Shown here: positions 9,462 through 16,333 of the stretch, in pieces | How the letters are laid out: each line of letters starts with the position of its first letter | Position numbering within the stretch: position 1 is the first letter of the stretch | Assembly: GCA_024404275.1 (NCBI GenBank) | Contig: JAKSQG010000018.1 | Location: 1-18,948, forward strand | Length of the DNA: 18,948 nucleotides | Origin: Clostridia bacterium | GTDB lineage: Bacteria > Bacillota > Clostridia > Christensenellales > Aristaeellaceae | Direction: 5' to 3' | Notes under the pieces: generated by a model | Database searches by the model: none | Told to the model about the DNA's origin: nothing | What the model saw: the letters and a program-made list of their open reading frames with translations, nothing else | Program-made: the position numbers and the translations under genes

Positions 9462-9484
9462 GCCATTTGTGCGGAATGGGAAGA

Positions 9485-9504
9485 AAAATGTAACAAAATG
9501 TAAC
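9485..9504 (+). repeat. Perfect tandem 10-bp direct repeat AAAATGTAAC x2, followed by AAA
   Basis: Read directly from the sequence. It ends 15 nt upstream of the candidate -35 of the ABC operon promoter. Confidence 0.9.
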
Positions 9505-9518
9505 AAACGGACAAATCA

Positions 9519-9555
9519 TTGACTTTTGACAGGTAATATTATAAAATGCCATAAA
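9519..9555 (+). promoter_or_regulatory. Candidate sigma-70 promoter of the ABC/catabolic operon
   Basis: TTGACT (9519-9524), a 17-nt spacer, then TAAAAT (9542-9547). The overlapping alternative is TTGACA (9526-9531), an 18-nt spacer, then CATAAA (9550-9555). This leaves a leader of about 90 nt before the GGAGG ribosome-binding site and the ATG at 9643. Confidence 0.55.
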
Positions 9556-9642
9556 AGGGAAATGTATGCCCGAAATCGACATGAATAGGATCAAAACAGG
9601 TGTACATGTCTCTGAAATTCATTTTCTGAAGGAGGATCCCCC

Positions 9643-10584
9643 ATGAAAAAGGTTCTCGCTCTGGTTCTCGCTCTCGTGATGTGTCTGGGCGTTCTGCCCG
9701 CTCTCGCGGCTGATGCTCCCGTCAAGGTCGGCGTGCTCGTGCCCGTCATGACGCATGGCTGGGTCAGCGGCATCACCTATCAGGCTGAAGCTTATGCCAA
9801 GGAACTGGCTGCTGCCGGCACCATCGAGTACAAGCTCACCACCTCCAGCAACGCCGAAGAAATGACCACCCAGATGGATGAAGCCATCCTGTGGGGCGCC
9901 AAGATCCTGGTCATCGCTCCCCAGTGGACCGGCATGGAAGTGCCCGTTCAGAACGCCATCGATCAGGGCCTCATCGTTGTGGCCTTCGATATGGACATCG
10001 ACGCTGACGGCATCCTGAAGGTCACCGGCGACAACAAGTCCATGGGCGTGGCCGGCGCCAAGTTCATCGTGGAAAAGGTTGGCCCCACCGCTACCGTCGT
10101 GGCGCTGCCCGTTCCCACCAGCGGCTCCGTTTCTGAGCTGCGCATGGCCGGCTTCAATGAGACCATCAAGGACATCGCTCCCGAACTGAAGGTCATCGAA
10201 TACGCGACCAAGTTCACCCGTGAGGATGGCCTGAAGGACTTCGCCGATATCCTGGCTGCCAACCCCCAGATCGACGCTGTGTACTCCCTGGATGACGAAA
10301 CCTCCATCGGTGTCCTGCAGGCCATCGAAGATGCCGGCCGTACCGACATCAAGGCCATCACCGGCGGCGGCGGCTGCCAGGAATACTTCGCCATGATCGC
10401 CGAGAACAAGGACATCGCTGTCAGCTCTTCTCTGTACAGCCCCCTGATGATCCGTGACTGCTTCGACGTTGCCCTGGCCAAGCTGGCCGGCGAGCCCGTT
10501 GAGGCCGTGACCGTCATCCCCTCCCAGATCGTGAGCAGCGAAAACGTTGAAAACTACCTCGATCCCAGCAACACCATCTATTAA
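9643..10584 (+). CDS. ABC transporter sugar-binding protein (PBP type I, RbsB-like, CUT2 family)
   Basis: Signal peptide is MKKVLALVLALVMCLGVLPALAADAP. The type I periplasmic-binding fold pattern is present: VGVLVP, ILVIAP, VVAFD, DAVYSLDDETSIGVLQAI. TAA stop. Confidence 0.85.
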   Translation: MKKVLALVLALVMCLGVLPALAADAPVKVGVLVPVMTHGWVSGITYQAEAYAKELAAAGTIEYKLTTSSNAEEMTTQMDEAILWGAKILVIAPQWTGMEVPVQNAIDQGLIVVAFDMDIDADGILKVTGDNKSMGVAGAKFIVEKVGPTATVVALPVPTSGSVSELRMAGFNETIKDIAPELKVIEYATKFTREDGLKDFADILAANPQIDAVYSLDDETSIGVLQAIEDAGRTDIKAITGGGGCQEYFAMIAENKDIAVSSSLYSPLMIRDCFDVALAKLAGEPVEAVTVIPSQIVSSENVENYLDPSNTIY

Positions 10585-10600
10585 TTCAAATGCAATCAAC

Positions 10601-10630
10601 AGGGACTGCCTCCTTCGGGGGGCAGTCCCT
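10601..10630 (+). other. Stable stem-loop without a U-tract after the binding-protein gene
   Basis: AGGGACTGCC-tccttcgggg-GGCAGTCCCT, a perfect 10-bp stem. Confidence 0.8.
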
Positions 10631-10646
10631 AAAACGCGGACAAGCC

Positions 10647-10678
10647 GTTGCGCCTCCGGGGAAGCCCAGAGGCGCAAC
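10647..10678 (+). other. Second stable stem-loop without a U-tract
   Basis: GTTGCGCCTC-cggggaagccca-GAGGCGCAAC, a perfect 10-bp stem. Confidence 0.8.
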
Positions 10679-10762
10679 CCGTATTACTGCACAAAAAGAA
10701 GAAACAAGTGACCTCCCGGTACGCCGCGCGGCGCGCCCGGGGGAAAACAAGGATGTGAAGCC

Positions 10763-12241
10763 ATGAATCTATCCATGAAGGGGATTGTCAAATCCTTCGG
10801 CGCCAATGACGTACTGAAAAAGGTGGATTTTTCACTGGAATCCGGTGAGATCTGCGCCCTGCTGGGAGAGAACGGCGCCGGAAAATCGACCCTGATGAAT
10901 ATCCTGGGCGGTGTCCTTCGACCCGATGCTGGCCAGATCCTGCTGGACGGAAAGCCTGTCACATTCGCTTCTCCGGCACAGTCCCTGAATGCCGGGGTTG
11001 CTTTCATTCATCAGGAGCTGAATCTGATCAACGATCTGCCCGTGTATGAAAACATGTTCATCGGCAGGGAGATCGTCTCCAAAGCCGGGCTCATCAATCA
11101 CAAGGAAGAGCTGAAGCAGACAAAAGAGCTGTTCAGCAAACTGAACATTGATATCGATCCCGCGGTACAGGTGTCCTCCCTGGACGCCAGCTATAAACAG
11201 ATTACCGAAATTTCACGCGCGCTGATGATGGACGCTTCCATTATCATCATGGATGAGCCCACCACCTCCCTGACCGATCCGGAGATCGAGCGCGTTTTTG
11301 ATATGCTCCGTTCCCTCAAAAAACAAAATGTCGGCGTGATCTTCATTTCGCACAAGCTGCGGTAGGTGATGGAGATCTGCGATAAATATGTGGTGCTCCG
11401 CGACGGCAACATGGTGTCCGCCGGCAATGTCAAGGACACCAGCATTGCCGCGCTGTCGCATGACATGGTAGGCCATGATGTGCGCATGGACGCGCTGGAG
11501 CAACGCGCCGCGCGGGGCGGGGAGGTCCTTCGTCTGGAGGATCTGACCCTTGAACCCAGCTACCGCCACATCAACATGCAGGTGTATGCCGGCGAGGTGC
11601 TGGGCGTCACCGGTCTGCTGGGCGACGGGCGCAGCGAGGTCTTCCGCACGGTCTTTGGCGATATGAACAAATACAGCGGCAGGATCTTCCTTTCCGGAAA
11701 GGAAACGGCGATCCGCTCCATTCAGCATGCCATGCAGCTGGGCGTCGGTTATGTGCCGCGCAACCGCAAGGAAAACGCCATTATCAAGGATATGGATATC
11801 CTCGATAACGGCACCATCATCACCATGAAGCAGCTCAGGCGCTTCGGCCTGATCAGCAAGCTGCGGCAGCGGGCCGCCTTCAACAAGCAAAAAGAGGATC
11901 TGCGCATCAAGATGGGCAAGCCCTCCGACCCCATCGGCAGCCTTTCCGGCGGCAATCAGCAAAAGGTCGTTCTGGCCAAATGGCTGATGGCCAAGCCCAA
12001 GCTGCTGGTGCTGGATAACCCGACGCAGGGCGTTGATGTCGGCGCCAAGGAAGAGATCTACGATATTATTCTGCAGCTGGCGGGGCAGGGCGTGGCCGTA
12101 GTGGTGCTGTCCAACGAAGCGCAATAGATCATCCGTGTCTGCAGCCGTGCCCTGGTCATGTACCACGGGGATATCTGCGGTGAGGTTTCCGGCAGCACCA
12201 TGACCGAAGACAACATCATGCGCATGGCCACCGGCGGCTGA
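10763..12241 (+). CDS. CUT2-family sugar ABC transporter ATP-binding protein with tandem NBDs (RbsA/MglA-like, 492 aa). Contains in-frame TAGs at 11363-11365 and 12125-12127.
   Basis: ORFs 10763..11365 and 11366..12127 and the 38-codon tail to the TGA at 12239-12241 all share one frame. NBD1 has GENGAGKST, IIIMDEPT and FISH. NBD2 has GLLGDGRSE, LSGGNQQKV and LLVLDNPT. The total length matches RbsA-type proteins. Confidence 0.9.
11363..11365 (+). other. In-frame TAG codon just after the NBD1 H-loop (candidate sense codon)
   Basis: Context is GVIFISHKLR-TAG-VMEICDKYVVLRDG. As I recall it, E. coli RbsA reads [25 protein letters not shown], which places Glu at this position. Confidence 0.85.
12125..12127 (+). 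other. In-frame TAG codon after the NBD2 H-loop position (candidate sense codon)
   Basis: Context is VVVLSNEAQ-TAG-IIRVCSRALVMYHGDICGEV. As I recall it, RbsA reads [30 protein letters not shown], which places Glu at this position. Confidence 0.85.
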
Positions 12242-12291
12242 TCTCCAAAGAGCGATTCATAAGATTACATCCATCCCGGAGGAAGATTGTT

Positions 12292-13323
12292 ATGACGATT
12301 GAAAAACGCAAAAATCCTCTTCGCCAGTTTGTTGACAAGTGGCAGGAGAATCCCCTTATTTCGACCGGTACCGTGCTGATCCTGATGATCATCATCCAGA
12401 CGATCGCGCTGGGCTTCAATTATGCCAGCTTCGGTGAATGGTTTACCAACTGGGGCAAAAACTGGATCAACATCCTGCGCAACAACGCCGGCGTCGGCAT
12501 TGTCGCCCTGGGCATGACGTTTGTCATCATTTCCGGCGGTATCGATCTGGCGGTCGGTTCCACGCTGGTGGCGGTCGGCGCCATCATGATGGTGCTGATC
12601 AACAGCAATGCGGCGGGCGTATTGACGGCCGTCGGCATTACCGGCGTTCCCGCCTTCATCATCGGCATCGCGGCGGCTCTGCTTGCCGGCGCAGCCATTG
12701 GCGGCATCAACGGCGTGCTGATCGCGCGCAGTAAAATTCCCGCCTTCATTGCCACGCTGGGTATGATGAAGATCTGCCGCAGCGTGACGCAGCAGTTCAT
12801 GCAGACGGTCGGCGTGAAGGTGCCCAGGGATTTCCTTGCCATCGCCAACACACGCATCGGCGGCGAGATCATTCTGCCCATCATCTATTGGTTTGTGATC
12901 GCGCTGCTGCTGCACATCGTCTCCAAGCGGACGACCTTCGGCCGTCATGTCTATGCCATCGGTTCCAATGAGCGCGCCGCCCGCCTGTCCGGCGTCAATG
13001 TCGAGCGCGTAAAGACCCTGATCTATGTGCTGTCCGGCGTGCTGGTGGCCATCACCGCGGTCATCCAGATTGCCCGTATCGGCAGCATGGACTACGCCAA
13101 CGCGGGCAGCGGCTACGAAATGGATGCCATCGCCGCGGTCGTGGTCGGCGGCACCAGCATGAGCGGCGGCAAGGGCTCCATTCTGGGCACGGTGCTGGGC
13201 ATGCTCATCATCGCCGTTATGAATAACCTGCTCAACCTGATCGGCGTACCGCCCTTCCTGCGTGAGGCCTTCAAGGGCTTCATCGTGGTGGCGGCCGTGA
13301 TGCTGCAGAAGAAGGAAAAATAA
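12292..13323 (+). CDS. Sugar ABC transporter permease (RbsC/AraH-like)
   Basis: 343-aa polytopic membrane protein with a GGAGGA ribosome-binding site. Family motifs are GGIDLAVGS, RSKIPAFIATLGMM, AIGSNERAARLSGVNV and GGTSMSGGKGSILGT. TAA stop. Confidence 0.9.
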   Translation: MTIEKRKNPLRQFVDKWQENPLISTGTVLILMIIIQTIALGFNYASFGEWFTNWGKNWINILRNNAGVGIVALGMTFVIISGGIDLAVGSTLVAVGAIMMVLINSNAAGVLTAVGITGVPAFIIGIAAALLAGAAIGGINGVLIARSKIPAFIATLGMMKICRSVTQQFMQTVGVKVPRDFLAIANTRIGGEIILPIIYWFVIALLLHIVSKRTTFGRHVYAIGSNERAARLSGVNVERVKTLIYVLSGVLVAITAVIQIARIGSMDYANAGSGYEMDAIAAVVVGGTSMSGGKGSILGTVLGMLIIAVMNNLLNLIGVPPFLREAFKGFIVVAAVMLQKKEK

Positions 13324-13347
13324 TTGATTCGGAAATGAGGTGCTCCT

Positions 13348-14385
13348 ATGATTCGTGTTGGCATTGCGGGCTGCGGCAAGATTGCCCAGGTCCGCCATCT
13401 GCCGGAATATCAGGCGAACCCGGATGCACAGATTTAGGGCCTGTTTGACCTCAACGCCGGGCGCGCGGCAGGGCTTGCGGCTCAGTACGGCGCAACGGCG
13501 TATGATACCTTTGAAAGCATGCTGGCCGATCCCATGATCGATGCCGTCAGCATCTGCACGGCCAATGCCGCGCACGCGCAGATGGCCATTGCCGCCCTGA
13601 AGGCGGGCAAGCATGTGCTTTGCGAAAAACCGATGGCCATCACGCTGGCCGACTGTGAGGAGATGGTACGTGTCGCAAAGGAATGCGGCAAGGTGCTGAT
13701 GATCGGTCAGAACCAGCGGCTGGCGGCGGCGCATCAGAAGGCGTATGAGCTGATCCGCAGCGGCGCTATTGGCAGGGTGATCACTTTTACCACCGCCTTC
13801 CGTCATGGCGGACCGGAGACCTGGAGCGTGGATTCCGGCAGCGGTACCTGGTTCTTTGACAAGACTCATGCCGCCTTTGGCGCCATGGCCGATCTGGGTG
13901 TGCACAAAACGGACCTGATCCAGTACCTGCTGGGGCAGACGGTGACCAAGGTGACCGCCTACCTCGGGTCGCTCGACAAGAAAACGCCGGATGGAAAGCC
14001 GATCTCGGTGGATGACAATGCCATCTGCATTTATCACATGAGCGGCGGTGCTGTGGGGACCATGACGGCCTCCTGGACCGATTACAGCGGCGAGGACAAC
14101 GCCACCGTGCTGTTTGGCACGGAGGGCGTGATGCGCATCTATGACGACCCCATGCACAGCATCGTGCTGAGCAAGCGTGACGGCACGACCGAATATTATG
14201 ACGTCGACCGGATTCAGACCAACGACAATCAGACCAGCTCGGGCATCATCGATCTGTTTGTGGCGCATCTGATCGATCCGACCAAGCCGTACATTTCCGC
14301 CGAGAGCGTGCTGCCGGCCATGCGTGCCGTGTTTGCAGCCGCCGAATCCGCCGAAACGGGCCGCATCGTGGCTACGAACGCGTGA
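13348..14385 (+). CDS. Gfo/Idh/MocA-family NAD(P)-dependent oxidoreductase (345 aa). Contains an in-frame TAG at 13435-13437.
   Basis: The ATG at 13348 has GAGG 7 nt upstream. The N-terminus MIRVGIAGCGKIAQVRHLPEY carries the Rossmann GxGxxG motif. After the TAG the same frame continues GLFDLNAGRAAGLAAQYG...VLCEKPMA into ORF 13519..14385. TGA stop. Confidence 0.88.
13435..13437 (+). other. In-frame TAG codon in Rossmann strand beta-2 (candidate sense codon)
   Basis: Context is NPDAQI-TAG-GLFDLN. The family pattern is p.aelvavcD, and this position is variable across the family. Confidence 0.8.
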
Positions 14386-14396
14386 GGAGAAGCACC

Positions 14397-15212
14397 ATGG
14401 ACAGAATCGTTGCAATGAATTCCAACAGCTATCATGGCTTTTCTATCGAGGAGGCCATTGAGGGCACTGCACGGGCGGGCTTCCGCTATATGGAATTGAC
14501 GGCCACCAAGGGGTGGACAGAGCATGTTTTCCCCGATCAGCCCCTGCGCCGTCTGCTGCGTGTGCGGGATATGCTTCGCGATCATGACCTGACCCCGTTT
14601 GCCATGAGCGGTCACACCAACCTGACCGACCCTGCCCGCAGCCGCGATTTTAGGGACAACATCCGTATGGCGCAGCTTTTCGGCTGCCGCTACATTGTTT
14701 CCTCCATCGGCGAGGCACACATCCGGGACGGGCATGAGGCCGATCTGGATGAAACGGTGCGCTGCATCGAAGCCTTTGTGCCCGAGTTGAAGGCGGCGGA
14801 TATGATGCTGGTGCTGGAAACGCACGGGAAGGATCACGGCACAGGCGTCCGTCTGGCTTAGATCGTGCGGAAGGTGAACAGCGATCGGGTCAAAGTGAAC
14901 TACGACACGGCCAACGTCGTGTTTTACGGCCGGGTCGACCCGGTGGAGGATCTCAAGGCCTGCGTGAACGATGTGGCATTTTTGCACATCAAGGACAAGG
15001 CTGGCGCTGCGGACGAGTGGAATTTCCCCGCCCCCGGCAAGGGTTATATTGATTTTGACGGCATCTTTGATGTGCTGAATCAAAACGGCAACAACAGCCC
15101 CTTCTCGGTCGAGATCGAGTTCACAGCGGCCGGTCCTTCCAACCTTGAAGAGGTGAATCAGGCGGTACGCGACAGCGCGGCGTTCTTCCGCGCTCACGGC
15201 ATCGCCCTGTAA
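14397..15212 (+). CDS. Sugar phosphate isomerase/epimerase (xylose-isomerase-like TIM barrel, 271 aa). Contains an in-frame TAG at 14859-14861.
   Basis: GAGGAG lies ahead of the ATG at 14397. ORFs 14382..14861 and 14865..15212 share a frame. The pattern LVLETHG ... TAG ... VNYDTANVVFYG ... FLHIKD ... SVEIEF places the barrel's conserved acidic and His residues on both sides of the TAG. TAA stop. Confidence 0.88.
14859..14861 (+). other. In-frame TAG codon in the middle of the TIM barrel (candidate sense codon)
   Basis: Context is HGTGVRLA-TAG-IVRKVNSDRVKVNYDTAN. Confidence 0.8.
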
Positions 15213-15291
15213 TGATTAAAACACATCATCCCCCGTGGCAGACGGAACGGTGTTTGCGGCGGGGGATTGCTGTCATCAGGAGGAAGATCAG

Positions 15292-16257
15292 ATGAATATT
15301 CTGCTTGTCGGCGCCGGCGGCATGGGCACAACGCACTACAACAACTATCGTCAAATCGACGGCGCGCAGGTCGCCGCCCTGGTGGGAACCACTCAGCAGG
15401 ATCGTGATACCGCTCAGGGCTGGGGCATTCCCTGCTTTGAATCGATCGCACAGGCGGTGCAGGCGGTGGCGGTCGATGCGGCGGATATCTGCGTGCCCAC
15501 CTATCTGCACAAGGAGCTGGCGCTGCAGGCGTTTGCCTGCGGGCTGCATGTGATCTGCGAAAAGCCCTGCGCCCTGAGCCTTGCGGATGGCCGGCAAATG
15601 TTTGAAGCAGCCAAAGCCGCGCACCGGCAGCTGTATGTCGCCCAGGTGGTTCGTTTTACACCGGAAACGGCGGTTCTGCGCCGGGTGATCGAAGAAAAAA
15701 CCTATGGCGCGCCGGTGGACGCGGTCTTTGAGCGGCTGAGCGCCCGCCCCGCGTGGACGCAGGGCTCGTGGCTCATGGAGAAGGAAAAGAGCGGTCTGCT
15801 GCCCTTTGATCTGCACATTCACGATCTCGATCTGGCGGTCAGCCTGTTCGGCGCGCCAAGCGAGGTGCTCATCGCTGCCGAGCACGCCGACGGCGGCCTT
15901 CCGACGCAATGCCGTCTGACCTACAAGTGGGCGGATGGCATGACCGCCTCCGCGGAGGCGGCATGGTTCAATGCCTGCATTCCCTTTACCGCGCGCTGGC
16001 GGGTCAGCTTTGAAAAAGGCATGCTCATCTATGACGGCGAATCCGTCAAGGGCTATGACGCCGCCGGACAGACCGTGACCTATGACACCACCGATCCGGT
16101 CATGATCCCCGGCGGGGCGAACCTTCCCGCCAATGGCTGGTTCTATCGCGAGCTGAGCCATTTTGTCGCCTGTGCGCAGCAGAACACTCCCTCACCGATC
16201 GTGACCGAAGAGCAGGTGCTCGCCGTGCTTTCGGTGCTTGAAGAGATTTCCACCTGA
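15292..16257 (+). CDS. Gfo/Idh/MocA-family oxidoreductase (second copy, 321 aa)
   Basis: AGGAGG lies 8 nt upstream of the ATG at 15292. The N-terminus MNILLVGAGGMG is a Rossmann motif, and VICEKPCA is the family EKP motif. The longer ORF starting at 15235 lacks a ribosome-binding site. TGA stop plus terminator. Confidence 0.85.
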   Translation: MNILLVGAGGMGTTHYNNYRQIDGAQVAALVGTTQQDRDTAQGWGIPCFESIAQAVQAVAVDAADICVPTYLHKELALQAFACGLHVICEKPCALSLADGRQMFEAAKAAHRQLYVAQVVRFTPETAVLRRVIEEKTYGAPVDAVFERLSARPAWTQGSWLMEKEKSGLLPFDLHIHDLDLAVSLFGAPSEVLIAAEHADGGLPTQCRLTYKWADGMTASAEAAWFNACIPFTARWRVSFEKGMLIYDGESVKGYDAAGQTVTYDTTDPVMIPGGANLPANGWFYRELSHFVACAQQNTPSPIVTEEQVLAVLSVLEEIST

Positions 16258-16272
16258 CGGGGCGGGTAAACA

Positions 16273-16309
16273 AAAGGACATCGCCATTGGATACATGGCG
16301 ATGTCCTTT
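16273..16309. terminator. Bidirectional rho-independent terminator between convergent genes
   Basis: AAAGGACATCGCCAT-tggatac-ATGGCGATGTCCTTT, a perfect 15-bp stem. The A-rich 5' flank and T-rich 3' flank (TTTGCTTTTGC) allow it to function on both strands. Confidence 0.85.
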
Positions 16310-16333
16310 GCTTTTGCAAAAGGGGAAAGGCTG

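Noticed and set aside
9548-9642. The roughly 90-nt leader of the ABC operon might be a riboswitch or carry a LacI or cre operator. It contains overlapping palindromes GTGTACATGT and an imperfect repeat CTGAAATTCATTTTCTG.
   Set aside because: I recognise no known riboswitch core. The palindromes are short (6 bp) and lack the central CG of LacI/CcpA sites. The imperfect repeat has mismatches, so the evidence is insufficient.
6168-14861. Programmed ribosomal frameshifting or selenocysteine insertion explains the split ORFs.
   Set aside because: The upstream and downstream pieces are always in the same frame, so no frameshift is needed. Selenocysteine uses TGA, and TGA behaves as a normal stop here, being followed by terminators at 2970 and 16257.
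4113-15212. The split genes are pseudogenes, meaning ordinary nonsense mutations in a decaying locus.
   Set aside because: All interruptions are the same codon (TAG). None is a TGA, a TAA or a frameshift. The domains on both sides remain well conserved, and TAG is never used as a real terminator here. If nonsense hits were spread evenly over the three stops, six of six being TAG would have a chance of roughly (1/3)^6. This cannot be fully excluded without the rest of the genome.
4113-15212. The TAGs encode pyrrolysine.
   Set aside because: The TAGs sit in ordinary ABC, Rossmann, TIM-barrel and CnaB proteins rather than in methylamine methyltransferases. Two of them align with conserved Glu. 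No pyl genes or obvious downstream stem-loops are seen in the window. Pyrrolysine is not disproved, so I list it as the main alternative to test.
4113-15212. This is phage-type amber recoding in a prophage region.
   Set aside because: No phage structural, integrase, terminase or lysis genes are present. The TAG-containing genes are cellular sugar-catabolism, transporter and surface-protein genes with normal operon structure.
14382-15291. The isomerase and the second oxidoreductase might use the alternative upstream starts at 14382 and 15235.
   Set aside because: Both lack ribosome-binding sites. The start at 14382 overlaps the preceding stop, while the ATG at 14397 follows GAGGAG. The start at 15235 adds a non-homologous leader, while the ATG at 15292 follows AGGAGG and begins at the Rossmann strand.
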